A stretch of 64,000 bases of DNA. It comes from the human T2T-CHM13v2.0 reference genome, Homo sapiens. This document shows positions 1 to 14,833 of this stretch, one piece after another (position 1 is the first letter of the stretch; the number at the start of each line of letters is the position of its first letter). The notes under the pieces are model-generated. The model was not told where the DNA came from. It saw only the letters and a list, made by a program, of their open reading frames with translations, and made no database searches. Location of the stretch: the NCBI RefSeq assembly GCF_009914755.1, contig NC_060928.1. One strand, given 5' to 3'. The position numbers were made by a program, and so were the translations under genes.

Positions 1-779
1 ATGATTTGTAATTTTTGGCTTTGAAGAGCGCAGTGGACATATGTACTTAACTTCTCAGTCTTTTCATTTTCATGACATCATTTTTACTTCAAACTTTGAA
101 ATGCAAAGCCAGTAACTTCTTTATAAAACTACATGTATTTAATGTTGTGTTTTATATTTTTTCTTTAGAAGGATGAAAAACAACAACAACAATAAAAACC
201 CATGGACACAAACGTGGCTGATGCCCCACTGTTTGTTTAATCAGTGAGCCCTTACAATTTCTATTCCACTTTCAGTATTTGTGTTCATCTTGCCAACATT
301 TTATTGGCATCAATCTACATGACTCCTTAAACTTGAATTGCTTTAATGTTATTTCTTTGTCTCTAGTTTAAAAGAAATACAAGGCAGAAACACTTAGAAG
401 TTCTCCTCAATTTCCTGCTTGGATAATGAGTTTCTTCACCTAGGGAAATATTCATTTAGAAAACTTAAGAATAGAAGAAAGAGAACTGTGATCGAGGAAC
501 AATAAGAAATAAAACTTCAAAGATTATTTTGATGCCTGCTATTTTATTACTATCTAATTAGAATTTCTATTATGGATGTTATTTGAATTTTATCCAACAC
601 TTTCTGGTTCCTCTATTACTATACAAATCTTATTTTACATCTTCAACTTGCTAATAAAAATAAATTACAGATGTATTAAACTTAAAATAGTGTACTCAGT
701 GTCCTTAGTTCACTTGTAGTAGTGTACTAAGGCGTCCTTTCCAAGCTATATGACTTTGTTTTTGTTTTCTTGTCTGATT

Positions 780-1000
780 ATTTAGTCACAGTTTTTGATA
801 TATATTTATTTATAGCACTTGTTACCTTCTGTCATATTATATAATTTATGTTTAGATTTTATTTACTTTACTATCCTAGTAAAGTATTAGCTCCATGGAG
901 TACACATTTTTGTTTGGTTGTGTTCATTGTTGTATCCCTGGGCCCTAAAATTATGCCTGCAATATTCTAGGCACTCAAATATTTGTTTAATGAATGAGTA
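780..1000 (+). mobile_element. L2 LINE 3' end fragment
   Basis: Ends in the typical L2 tail '...ggcactcaaatatttgtttaatgaatga'. Confidence 0.7.
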
Positions 1001-1004
1001 AGTC

Positions 1005-1510
1005 AGAGTATGTCACATTCGTATTTAAAAACATCCAATAGTGTCTCATCACACTTAAAGCAAACTGCATATTCCTTACCATGATCTATAAGGCCTTATG
1101 TATTTTGGCTCATACCACTGTCCCTTATTCCCATACCCCTCCTTCACTGTGCTTCATCTGCACACTTGTCTTCCTCAACCATACCAAGTTTATCTAAACC
1201 CCAGAGCCTTTATTCATGCTGTTGATAATTTGTTCTGCCTTCCTAAAGACGTTTCCTCCAAATCTTTGCGTGCTTCTGCCATAAGCTCACATCTTTAGAG
1301 GCCTTTCATAAATAGCTCATGTTAAATAGCTGCTGGTTACCCACAGTCACTTTCAGGCCTACTAACTTTTCAAAATGTTTATAGCACTTTTAACTATCTG
1401 AAGCATTTATTTTGTTTACTTGTTTGTTGACTGTCTCCACATTCTACAGTATGAGTTCCATGTCCTTTTCTAGTCTGTATCCCCAGCACCTAGATCAGCA
1501 TTTGGTAAGT
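1005..1510 (+). mobile_element. L2 (L2a-like) 3' region
   Basis: L2 motifs 'ccttaccatgatctataaggcc', 'tgtatccccagcacctag'. Confidence 0.7.
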
Positions 1511-1522
1511 ATTTATATCACT

Positions 1523-1528
1523 ATGTGT

Positions 1529-1562
<34 letters not shown>
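1523..1562. repeat. (TG)n microsatellite
   Basis: Direct reading. Confidence 0.97.
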
Positions 1563-1564
<2 letters not shown>

Positions 1565-2699
1565 CTGTCAGAGTTTCAGGTTGTTACACTGAGTACACCA
1601 TTCTAAGTTTAAACACACCATGTAGATAGCTAACTGAATTGTCAGGGGGCTGAAGTAACAGATCCTAGGTGGGCCCTTTACCTAGAAGATTTCCAAAACT
1701 ATAACACATAACTCGACTGTGAAGGGAGATGTCTCTGCTGTAATCAAAAGTTGCTGTTGCTACTCTTTCCAGAACCTTTGTCACACGAGGGAGCAGCTGA
1801 ATCCAGATGTTAGTGTTGCTGCTGGTCACAAATCCATAGTGTCTTGGCTGGGATTCACACTAGAAAAATGGATGCGCTCTACTCAGTACATGTTTAACAT
1901 AACTAAATTCTGAATAGAAATTTTATGTGGATGTATCTGATTAATAGAAATTAAGTTACATTACCCAATAAAGAGCAAACATCCCTATTGACCAGATGAT
2001 CTATAATTTAACAAGGAAACTGAGACTCTTTGAATGTAACAGGGGCTATTGCTAATAATTACTCAGGGACCACTATATTATCAGCCAAAAGTGTTCTGGG
2101 TAAGCTGGTATGTATAGACATTTATCAGGCCAATCCATTCATTTTGGAACTTTGATCCTATAGGCTTTTATAAATACAACTTTATCAGAAGGCTAAGCCT
2201 AACTCTGGCTCTGTAATTCCATGATCCCCTTACTCCCATCTGTCTTTTCATGATGCTGATACTCTCTTTCCCACGACACTTCCTAATGGTTGGTGAAAGT
2301 TGTGTCCACTGGGTTCCCCTAGTGTATTCAGTTATGAGATAGATGCACAGGTCACAAATCAGAAATCTATTCTAAATTCCCCTCTCTTACAGTCACTGAA
2401 TTTCTTCCTCTATTATACTAAGGAATTTCTGGCATCACAAAGCACTGAGTCCAGGTTCTAGCTAACTAAAGGATTGATGAATTAGAATAAATTCTAGCTT
2501 CCAGGTCAGCATATTGAATTGATACTCCAATAAATATAATAGCCTATTCAAAATTATATTTGTCTTCCTTTAGTGCAGGCTATCTGATACCCACACATAT
2601 TATCTAAGAATGCATCAATAAAAATTAACAGTATGTTGGAATTCTTTAGTGTTTAAGCTTCTCCCTTGTAACTGCCCTTTTTTGTTCATTTTTTAAATA

Positions 2700-3300
<601 letters not shown>

Positions 3301-3840
3301 TAGGGAAGTTCAGTGAAGGTTAGGGATTTAGAAGACTTGGAGTCATCAGAATCCTCCCCAATACCATTTTTAAATTCCACCCTTTTTGCAGTCAGTGAAT
3401 GAGTTCAACCTGTGCTGAATTCTTATATGTTCAGACTCTTAATCTGGTTTGTGAATATATCAAGCCTGTAACTGCAAGAGTTAAAACTTGCTTTAGAGAA
3501 TTTATTGTAACTCTCTGGTTGGGTCTTTCACTGATTTGAAATCAAAACTTAAAATCTTGAATTTGTCATTTTTTCCTTTAAGTTATCTAGTGCAGTCATA
3601 TGCAGCAAGCTTATTCTGCCACAATATTATACTTCATACCTCTCAGCTTGCCATAGATGGGCTTTCAGTGGGCCTGTCATTCAAAAGAACTACAGGTAAT
3701 AATTTTGGCTAATGTTTAACCACTGCATGTCATGGACTAACATGGTTCCATCCTCTAGTATTGCCTGGATTACTGGTTCCTTCAAATATACCTAGGCGAA
3801 ATAACTAATTTAATATTCTTATTTTAGGGAGAATTTATTG

Positions 3841-4034
3841 TAGCACTGTTCAATAGAACTTTCTGTGATGATCAACATTTTCTATTTTTATCCTGTCTAA
3901 TAAGGTAGCCACTAGCTATATGTAGCTATTGAAATGTAATGAGTGTGATTAAGAAACTGAATTTTAATTCAATTAAATTAATTTTTATTTTATATAGCAC
4001 ATAGTACTAGAGGCTACCAGATTGGACAGCACAG
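3841..4034 (+). mobile_element. MER3 hAT-Charlie MITE
   Basis: 'gcactgttcaatagaactttctgtgatg...gtagccactagc...ttggacagcacag' matches MER3 termini. Confidence 0.85.
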
Positions 4035-4193
4035 ATTTATTACTTGCAACCACTTCTGCAAATAATTAGTGAAATCTTTCCTTCTTAATTGTAGACAAAG
4101 ACTCTTCTTTCTGTGATCAAGAGAAGACTTTGAAGAGGTAGAGAATAGGTTAAGGAATCCTTGGAAAACCTGAATCAACAGACTGTAGGCTGA

Positions 4194-4699
<506 letters not shown>

Positions 4700-4888
4700 C
4701 AAGGGTTTCTTTAAAGTAGATTTGTTTTCACATTCACTATTATAAACATAGGATTCACACTTTTAGAACATTGCCAAAACTAGGGACAAGTATTCAAAAA
4801 ATTTTGGGTAGCAATAGAGGGCAAATTTTCACTAGAGAATAAATCAATCATTTTCTGATACCTCCTATTATTTTTAGATCCTGGATAA

Positions 4889-4944
4889 TATGTGTGTGTG
4901 TGTTTGTGTGTATGTGTTTGTGTGTATGTTTGTGTGTGTGTGTG
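4889..4944. repeat. Imperfect (TG)n microsatellite
   Basis: Direct reading. Confidence 0.9.
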
Positions 4945-6242
4945 TTCTCTCGTGTCAATGCTGATTCAGCATTTGTCTTTAAATATCTACCTAGATGAAT
5001 CTGGTATTTGATGATACTGCTTTAATCTCCTATCACCCCAAACACTCAGCACTCTCCCACTTGTACCCACTACTCAGAACCAAATCAATTGCATTAAAAG
5101 TAGATGTTCATTTTGTATGGCTCTTTAGTTACTTAGTTTCCTATCAATGAAGCTTGAGTGCATCAACCATTTAAAACTGGCTGACATTTTTGTTATAAGT
5201 AGTTCAATGAAAGTGAACAGTTATTGGGCCTTACTGGTAAGTGTGAGAAACTGGTCGAGTTGCTTTCAAAACAAACCATATGATATCTTATTTCTTAAAA
5301 CAATTCTGCTAAAAAAGAGGCGACTTATTTTTTTTTATTTTTATTTTGGACTAATTCAAGTTTTAAAACTTGATGGTAAGTAAGTGGTAATCCAAAGGCA
5401 TTGCCAAGTTAGGCAAATTCTTGGGTGGCTAACTTTATCCTATGTCTGTTTTTTCTTGTATAATTCTGTCCCCACTTACATCAGCAAAACATAATAAACT
5501 ATTTTTATCAGCAAATGAAGAACTTTTCAAGCTGGAAATTAGCATAAGGTGTTAACTTAGGTTTAAAAAATAATAAAATGTATGGTGTCATTCTAAACTC
5601 CAATGTTATACATTCTGTAACACAGAATGTTGGCTTACTGTGATGGTTAAAATATTAATAACATATAAAGCAATTCTTGTCCCATAGTGAAAATGAAGAA
5701 TATTGCTCTACAAAATTACTATAATGTAGTTTACAAACAAAATAAATGGTCATAAAAGACCAGTTACACTCCCCAACATTGAGCTGGACACCCTAGTCAC
5801 CATATTATCATGTGAATTCAAAAACTAAGTATTTCCCTTACTCTAGAATTGAATTTCCATTATTGTCACCTAATCAGGTTCTCAAATTATTTGACCTTGG
5901 AGAATATTCACTGAAGCCTATTAACTCAAAGACAATAGACAAGTGCAACTACCTGAGAATGCAAAAGTTAAGAAACGCAGATAAATAAAATAACTCATGT
6001 GACACTTCACTGGGTTTTTCTTCATACGAAAAATTTCAGAAATTACAAATGTTGTTTAGATCAAGAAACAATGACATCTTTAGCAATAAAGATGCAAGTT
6101 ACTCAAATATTCCCTAAGGAAAATATTTATGGCACAAAGTTTCAAGTCAAAGAAATTGTTGACTTCGTGGATCTAGGAGTGTAACAATATATTAAGTGTG
6201 ATGGTCATGAAGATTTAGTGTTCATCCAGTTTAAAAAGCAAT

Positions 6243-6491
6243 AAAGAAATGTTGCATATATTGCCAGACTTGCTAAAAGATATCCAAATCCTCTCCTCCC
6301 CCGCTTTATACTATCATTGGTCTATTTACAATGAAAATGGTGCATGGGGAAATTTTTATTTTAGGGGAATCTCCTGACCTCAAGCTAAATGAGGGTCACT
6401 TGGGATTGAGGTCACCATGAAAAGTATGACCTCAATGTCTGGAGTTTGGGGGTCACATAGGTCAGTGTTTGACTTTTGCCTGGAGCACCCT
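6243..6491 (+). repeat. Copy 1 of a ~250-bp local direct duplication
   Basis: 'aaagaaatgttgcata...tggagcaccct' repeated at 6902-7151 with scattered substitutions. Confidence 0.97.
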
Positions 6492-6901
6492 GAGAGTGAA
6501 AGATGTTTGGATTTGCCGCTAATATCAAAGCAAGGAGAGAAGGTGGTCATGGGAACAGATTTGCATGTATATTAGTGGTGGGGAAAGGATGTGTGTTTCC
6601 ATGGTTTTAGCCTGTACTGTGGATTGGAGCTGAGAGGCATCTTCAAATGCATCAGCAAAGCCAGATAACAGTGTACTGCAGAGGCTTCTAGTCAAGATGT
6701 ATGGTAAATGTGGGTTGCTCAGATTCTCTCTTTTGTACTAAGGTTCTCATTACCCCAACTGATTAACGACTTATAGAAAAACTTATATAGTTTTTCACCA
6801 GTAATTGCCATGGCCAAAGGAAGCAGTATGACTTAAGGGTTATGCCTTTTCCCTATAAGTAGCTTGCATTCAGTAACTGGTAAATTTTTTATGAACCAGG
6901 A

Positions 6902-7151
6902 AAAGAAATGTTGCATACATTGCCAGGCTTGCTAAAAGATATCCAAATCCTCTTCTTCCTCTCTTTATACTATCACTGGTCTATTTACAAGGAAAATGGT
7001 GCATGAGGAATTTTTTATTTTAAGGGAATCTCCTGACCTCAAGCTAAATGACGGTCACTTGGGATTGAGGTCACCATGAAAAGTATGACCTGAATGTCTG
7101 GAGTTTGGGGGGTCACATAGGTCAGCGTTTGACTCTTGCCTGGAGCACCCT
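6902..7151 (+). repeat. Copy 2 of the ~250-bp direct duplication, flanked by 21-bp inverted repeats
   Basis: Aligns to 6243-6491; 6861-6881 'agcttgcattcagtaactggt' is the reverse complement of 7164-7184 (1 mismatch). Confidence 0.95.
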
Positions 7152-7183
7152 CATTTTTGACGAACCAGTTATTGAATGCAAGC

Positions 7184-7506
7184 TTGCAGGAACGTGGATG
7201 GAGCTGGAAGTCATTATACTTAGCAAACTCACTCAGGAACAGGAAACCAAATACTGCATGTTCTCACTTATAAGTGGGAGCTAAATGATGAATACACATG
7301 GACACATAGAGGGGAACAACACACACTGGGACTTATCAGAGGGTGGAGGGTGAGAGGAGGGAGGATTAGAAAAATAACTAATGGATAATGGCTTAATACC
7401 TGGGTGATGAAATAATCTGTACCACAAACTCCCATGACACACGTTTATGTAACAAACCCACACATCCTCACATGCATTCCTGAACTTAAAATAAAGTTAA
7501 AAAAAA
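7184..7506 (+). mobile_element. 5'-truncated L1 3' end (older L1PA13-16-like)
   Basis: 'ggatggagctggaagtcattatacttagcaaact...catgttctcacttataagtgggagctaaatgatg', A-rich tail. Confidence 0.9.
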
Positions 7507-9968
7507 CTGTTTCATATGGCGACTTTTGGCTAAAAGAACTGGAAAGTGGGAGGCATGAGACAGAGCCTGCAGTTAATGTTCATAAGCTGACTAGTGCTTT
7601 TCGACTCTTAAAACTCTAGGTATTCTTTAAGTACAAATTATGTAAAAGAAAAAAACCTGCTTATTTGAAAAAAAAAGCCTGCTTTAGAACCACTGCTAAT
7701 AGTGCCCCAGGGCCAATTTGCTGTAACCTTCTTACAGCCATAGAACTAAGCATGAAACACATTCAAAACATGAACTTCATTACAACGAAGACTGGGATTT
7801 AGCTTTGATATCTACATGCCAGGGATTGAAATGCAAATGAAATTTAAAACCTAACATGGTTCGTAATATTACACCAAAACAAATTTAACATGTTTAAAGA
7901 TCCCATTAATTCGTAAATATATATAATGATTTTTTATTATAATGTTTTATTAATATGCATATAAGCTATTTGAATATATTAAATAATGTCAACTACAATT
8001 TAGAAATACATGTCAATATAGAGAAATCATAAATTGACATTTTTAATTAAGTAATTGCACACATTTTAATATGATGCATTTTAAACATATTCATTTTTAC
8101 TTTTCATAAAATTAAGAGAACAATGATTGTTTCCCGATAAGGTAGGGAACTAAAGCCCAGCCTGAAACTCGTATATTGGCACACTTCATTATACTTTTGA
8201 TATTGATAACTTAGTTGTGGAATTTAGATATCATCTTGGCTTGTATAGTAATTTGTAAATGTAGTTTAGCAATGCTCTAAAATATATGATTATAGGTTAT
8301 GTTTAGTTCTAGTTAAAATGCCATCTCTGAAGTCTAAAGTTTTTGCCACTACATATTCATTGCAAATAACTTTTCTTATCTAAAGAGGATCATATGCCTT
8401 GGTTGGTCCCACTGCCTTTCTCTTTCACTAGCCTAATTATTAATGTCTACTCTTTTAACTCAAAATATCATCTTGGTTCAAATAATAAGTTATATTGTCA
8501 CCCTACTTCTCTGTCACTTAGGGAGTAATTCAAAAGTACAAAAGAGAATTCCAGTTCTAAAATAGATATCAATTTAGATTTTTTATGACTATTTCAGAAT
8601 ATAATAACATGATGGGTATACTTTTCTTTCCTTTTCCATTCTCCACATAGCAATTGAGACATTGAAGCCAGGAAGAGTTTGGGTTAAGACTGTGCGGGTG
8701 AACTAAACTGTGTCTCCAGAAAAGACTCCATGTTCTGGACAACCCCGGATCCTGTAAAATGCATTTCTTACTGCTGATGTCACTCTGTACATTTGTTTAT
8801 GGATATATCTTTTTACCATAATGTATACTCTTGTTGGAGTGTAGTACCCTTCACTGTAGACCACTGTATTCCCTAATGCTTACCCATGTGCCTCTACATA
8901 GTTGTTGCCAAACTGAAGCCAGACTATTAAAAAAATTCAGCTAAATGACTCTTCTATCTTAATGTCAAGTAATTGATTTGAATGCTTTTTCATTGACGAG
9001 GTAACCTTGTTTATTTTGTTTTTTCTCCTCCACACATCTCTTTTCCTGGAAGATCTATAACCACATGTTCAGGTCCCAGTTTAGTGGTATATTATTACTT
9101 TCTCTGGGAGACATTTACTGATTTCTCTAAACTTGCATGTAATAACTGTGATTTTCTGTTTAGTTGTCTGTATTCCCCCAGTACCCTGTAAATGTTACCA
9201 GTGCCCCATGGCTCTAGCACCAAGCATAGGTCTGGTACATAGTAGTGTATTGAATGAGTTAGTGTCTTATGTGGCCACATCAGGATGAATATTGCAACTT
9301 GTCCCTCCACAGAGAGAAGTCTTGACTATTTGGTAATCTCACTTTGGATTGTCGGTATAGGTTTTGATGTGAAAGGGAGAATAAGAAAGGCTGGCAGAAA
9401 TGTTTCCCCTATTAGTTAATGTAATAGCTGTGTGACTCTGCAAGGAGACTTGGCAGGGCAAACTTCTAAACCAGCACACATGTCCATTTCTGGGGTGACA
9501 CTGCTGCTTCATCTCTGTAAATTGAGAAAGTATAGGAAAGCCATATCTATATCTCTGTGGCTTTCACTTCTTTTGACATCTATTAAGCCTAAAATTCGAT
9601 GAGAAAAATACTTGTCTGTTATATACAAGAAAAGAATAAGGCCTGCTACCAAGTGAAATGACTGCTCAGAATGGCACAAAACCTAATCTTTTATGTCTCT
9701 GTGGGCTTCCTCACCTTGCCTCTCTGACTTTGTGCATTCCGATCCTTTTGCTAAGAATATCTTTCTTCCCTTTTGTCACCTGGCATATTCCTGTTTATGT
9801 TCCAAGACTCAGTTTAAGTTTAATGATTGGTTTTTTTTTTTTCCCCCTTTGGAGCCTTCCTAAATTCACCATCAAGTTTGGGACTCTCCTGTTTTCCTTT
9901 AACTCTTTTATTCTCAAACTTTACCATATTCTCTATGTTGCAGCTCACTCATGTTTTCAGTTTGTTGG

Positions 9969-10367
9969 TGCTATGATTTAAATGTGTTCCTCAAAGTTCA
10001 TATGTTGGAAACTTAATCCCCAATGCAACTATGTTGAAAAGGGAGACCTTTAACTGGTAATTACGTCATGAGGGCTCTGCCCTTATGAATGGATTAATAG
10101 CATTATTATGGGAATGGGTTAGTTATTACAAAAGTGGGTTTCTGATAAAAGGGATGAGTTTAGCCTTCTTTCACTCTTGCTCTCTTGTACACTCTTGTCC
10201 TTCCGTCTTCTGCCATGGGATGTCACAACGGGAAGTCCCTTACCAGATGCAGGCCCTTTGACCTTAGACTTCTGTTTCCTGAACTATAAGAAATAAATTT
10301 CCAATGTTTATAATAAGTTACCTGATGTCAAGTATTCTGTTATAGCAGCAGAAAATGGACTGAGAGA
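9969..10367 (+). mobile_element. MaLR solo LTR (MSTD-like) inserted in an L2
   Basis: TGCTATG...ggactgagaga termini with 5-bp TSD gttgg on both sides. Confidence 0.85.
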
Positions 10368-11289
10368 GTTGGCTTCCATAACTACACTGTGAAGTAATTT
10401 AAGACAGAAAAAGGTCTTTTTTTCCTTGATTTATTCATAGATATAGTGCAATAAAATGTTAATTGATATGTAAATTGATATGTTTACTGATGGATTCAAA
10501 ATTACAGTGGGAATAATAAAATCCAGAACTACAGGGAACTGTAGGGACATTTACTTGAATTCTATGATTTTGAGAGATGAAAACCCTGGCTATAAGAACT
10601 TCTTAACAATTTGAATCTGATTATTTTTATAATGCAAATGGTGCTGGGGAGAATGGAGAATGGGAAAAAAATGTAGTCTTTATTTGTCTAATAAACATTT
10701 AAAGCTTTAACATCATACATTTCTAAAATATTTAACTTTTGAGTAAATTTTTAACATAGTGAGTGTTACATGCAATAAATACAAAATTAAATAAACTTGA
10801 TTCTTACAATATATCAGCAGGAAATTTCAATTTCTTTTGCTGTGAAACTTAAAACTGGTATGCTGTATTTCAATTATGCACTTATGTATTACTGTAGAAT
10901 AGAATTATGAGCTGAGAACTGGCCTTCTGAAACTGGCATTTCCTCTTTGAAGTGACTATTTTGAAATATAGCTCCTAAATAGGATACATGCTTAGTGGTT
11001 GAGTCAATAGCCATTCAATATTCATTTTATAGCAGAATTCAAGGCAAAGGAATATAAAAATGAGCATGACAATGTTATTGCTCTGAAAAAGCTCATGATC
11101 TGGTTAAAAAGAGAGAGAACAGAAAGTTACAATTCAGCTATCTAAATATTTGATACAGTGGATGGAGGGACTACTGTGCTTTCTGTGCTTATTTTGGTGG
11201 CTTATTTTTACTCCTCTTCTGTACCCATAAACAATCGCAGAGGTTGGAACCTAGTTTATTTTCTCCTATTACTACCCCCACGCCTTCAG

Positions 11290-11760
11290 TTCGATTCCCA
11301 ATCTAGCTTTGTGATTTTGGGAAAGCTGCTTAAACCTCTTAGTTCTAGTTTCTTCATTTATTAAATAAGAATGATCTCTGTTTTATAATGTTGCAATAGG
11401 TATTACTTAAAATATTACATTTAAAACACTGGCTGGGTGCGGTGGCTCACGCCTGTAATCCAAGCACTTTGGGAGGCCGAGGCGGGCAGATCACCTGACC
11501 AGCCTGACCAACAGGGAGAAACCAGTCTCTACTAAAAATACAAAATTAACTGGGTGTGGTGGTACATGCCTGTAATACCAGCTACTCCGGAGGCTGAGGC
11601 AGAAGAATCACCTGAACCTAGGAGGCTGAGGAAGCAGTGAGCTGAGATCACGCCATTACACGCCAGCCTGGACAACAGGAGCAAATCTTCCTCTCAAAAC
11701 AAACAAACAAACCCCACTTAGCATCGTTCTTAGTGTGTAGAATTATCAACAATTTTTATT
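11290..11760 (+). mobile_element. MIR split by an Alu
   Basis: MIR core 'tgtgattttgggaaagctgcttaaacctcttagttctagtttcttcatt'; resumes after the Alu at 'cacttagcatcgttcttag'. Confidence 0.7.
11431..11712 (+). mobile_element. AluSp-like with a small internal deletion
   Basis: 'ggctgggtgcggtggctcacgcc...'; 'cacctgaccagcctgacc' lacks the ggtcaggagttcga B-box segment. Confidence 0.93.
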
Positions 11761-13154
11761 TATATTTTGTGACCCCTCCATTACACTTTAATTTTTTGCT
11801 GCTCGGATTCAAGAATAAACTGGATTATTTAATTGCTTACAATATAGCATGCATCAAAAAACAGTCTATGATCACGTTCCCTTCCTTGCTCAATCCACCC
11901 CACAATGCTATGAGTTATCCAGGCCAGGGACTGTGGCTTTACTCATCTTTGTAGTTACAGAGCCTAGAACTGCACAAGTGCTCAGTCATTAAATTTTCAA
12001 GGATTGGATGATCCCCTGGTTCTATTTATTTTTTTAAAAAATAGGAATGATTAACTGAGCAAAGCTGTGCATGATATAATCTAAACAGTATAAAATTTAT
12101 ATGATTTCAATTTCTGATTCCTCTAATTATAGTTTAGCGATACAAACTATTACAGGCAATTGCCATCATGTTAGAGTCAATGTTGGAACACAGTGGCAAG
12201 ATATGCTCCAATTTGACAACAGAAAAATTGCCAGAGAAATTCTGATCCTAGAAGCATTCAGGTGGTGCAGTGATATGAAGCAAAATCAATTTAATTTCTA
12301 GAAACTAGATTAAGGAGAAGAAAAACAAAAGCACATTTCTGGTGGGCAAATAGAGTAAAAGAGACAATGGTAATAGATTTATGATCAATATGGACAACAG
12401 AATTTCTTCATAAACACATTGCTTTGAACATTCGATTTAAGTAGCCTTCCCTGATCCTTAGTATATTGTAGGTTCTTTTTGCATGATCTCAGCATAATAA
12501 CTATATTCACACATTTGCTTGAGTGCCCCTTAAAAATGTCTTTATAAGCCATTTGTGGAGTCACTTATTAAATATGGCTTAAGATTAATATAGGGAATTA
12601 AGGAAGTGTTTGTTGGCATACTGATTTGTCAGAGATTTATCAGAAAAAGCTGATCAAAATGTAACCTTTCTACCTATAAATAAAAAATAAAACATGTCTT
12701 GTAGAACTGGAATCTATTCAGATAAATACATCTAGCCTCTTACCTCATGATTCCACTAGAGAATCCTTGAGATCCCTGGAGAAAGAGGGATACTCTATCT
12801 TCTACAAACAGAACAGACCCTATAGACTATATGACTTATAGCAGAGATCTATGGGAAATTCTTTCTAAATTCTAACAGAAACGTGCATTCATTTTCTTTC
12901 ATGGTTTGTGGATAAATCCTTATTGTATATTCTTGGCAAAATTAAGTTCCTATTCTATATTTTGTTGAATTGTATCTAAAAGCTAATAGCATAAATTGGA
13001 AAGCATTTTTTTTTCTGAAAAAGGAACTTGAGGCTTCTGAATGTTGCTCTTCAATCAAGGTAATAAGTATGATCAGACTCAAAAAATTCATGTCTTCTTT
13101 GTCACAACAGAAGCCCACCAAGAATATCTATAGCCTATTAAAAATAAAAGTAGT

Positions 13155-13380
13155 TAGAGACCAGCCTGGGCAATATAGTAAGACCCAGTTTCTACAAATT
13201 TTATTTTATTTTATTTTTTTAAAGCTGGGCATGCTGGTACATGCCTGTGGACCCAGTTACTTGGCAGGCTGAGGTGGGAGAATCACTTGAGCTGGGGGAG
13301 TGAGTCATCAAGTGCCACTGCACTATAACATGGCAACAGAGAAAGACCCTGCCTCAAATAATAATAATAATAACAACAAT
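13155..13380 (+). mobile_element. 5'-truncated AluJ-like
   Basis: 'gagaccagcctgggcaatatag...gaccctgcctc' plus (AAT)n tail. Confidence 0.85.
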
Positions 13381-13399
13381 CATGACAATTTTTATTGGT

Positions 13400-13590
13400 A
13401 GTATATAGATAAAATTTATTGAGTACTTAGTTTATACTAGGTACCAAAGTAACTATGCTATATATTTTATCTTAATATTTTCAAACAATGAAGAATAGCT
13501 ATTTTCCCTCTTGAGTAACTTTTCTGAGCTTATAAGTAGTAGAGCTAGAGGACTTGAATGTAAATTTGTTTGATATTGTTATGGAGACTA
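13400..13590 (-). mobile_element. MIR fragment
   Basis: 'atttattgagtacttag...ctaggtacc', 'aagtagtagagctagaggacttgaa'. Confidence 0.55.
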
Positions 13591-13869
13591 TAGATAGGGA
13601 GGCCCATAGAACTCCAAAGAGCAGTAAAAATTAGTCTTATAATTAAACTAAAATTCTTTCTCATTCTCCATCTTCTCTCCCTCTCTCTATCTTTACCTTT
13701 CTGCCTCTCTCCTTCCTCTTTCTCTATCTCCCCACACACATATGATAATAATGAAAAGAGTTTAATAGAGACTAAATCCTGTCTTATTGACTGATTTAAC
13801 TGGCTTTAACTCCATTTAGTTTTGCTGAAAGGTTAGATGGATATTTGGAGATCTTCATAGCTAGGGAGA

Positions 13870-14122
13870 ATTTTTTTTTTTTTTTTTTTTTGAGATGGAA
13901 TCTTGCTCTGTTGCCCAGGCTGGAGTGCTGGAGTGCAGTGGTGTGATCTCGGCTCACTGAAACCTCCACCTCCTGGGTTCAAGAAATTCTCCTTCCTCAC
14001 CCTACTGACTAGCTGGGATTACAGGTGTGCACCACCCTACCCAGCTAATTTTTGTATTTCTAGTAGAGACGGGGTTTCACCATGTTGGCCAGGCTGGTCT
14101 CGAACTCCTGACCTTGTGATCT
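13870..14122 (-). mobile_element. 5'-truncated AluS
   Basis: Poly-T plus Alu body; 'ggagaat' on both flanks as TSD. Confidence 0.93.
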
Positions 14123-14833
14123 GGAGAATATTTAATGCTAGGCAAATGTGAGATAAAACTAGATGATCACATGGGGAAAAAATTATATTTCTCTTAAAAA
14201 ATTAAAAAGACATATTATTGCATTGTTTCAGAATAAGAAACTTCTTAGGAAGCTCACATACTACAATTATCATGATATCCAAAGTCTTCTCTCAATAACA
14301 CATTTTATTCAGTGACTGTCGCCAAAACTGCACTCCAGAGGTTGGCCTCTCGGGAAGCCTGATTAGACCTATTCAATGGTACATCGATTTATTTTGCAAT
14401 TAACAGAAGACAAGGAAGATCTATTTGAAATTTGTATTTCTTCCACCACTATTTATAGTTTAAGCACTAATTAAAAGAAAAATGTATAAATCCAAATATT
14501 AATATGTCTATAATAGTGTTAACTACTCATTAAGAAGCACTTAGTAGGTAACATTCAATTTCTATTCAAATGCAAAACATTATCTCTATTTTTAGCTGTT
14601 ATTCTTAATTTTACTATGAATTAGTTACATTTATAATGCTTGATGTTTATCCTGGGCACATCTCAATGAAATTTTAATTGTAAATGCCTTTTGCATACCT
14701 GAAACAGAGAAAAATGTTTTTCTTCACTATTTCTTATGTGTAATTGTGGGAAAAAATTTCACTGAAAGTGAATTTTTATGATGTATCTTGGCCACTGATT
14801 TCTTTTGAATTGAGGCCTGAGGGTTTCTTTCAG

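Noticed and set aside
6861-7184. 21-bp inverted repeats as TIRs of a novel MITE that captured local DNA
   Set aside because: No TSD outside the IRs; the IR sequence matches the L1 target site and abuts the L1 5' end, so a repair junction explains it better.
13024-13059. 36-nt phase-0 block ELEASECCSSIK with an AAG|gtaata donor
   Set aside because: Acceptor 'ctgaaaaag' is purine-rich and weak; insufficient support. Isolated splice-like sites near 1773, 5236, 18543 and 50789 were dropped for lacking a matching partner or open frame.
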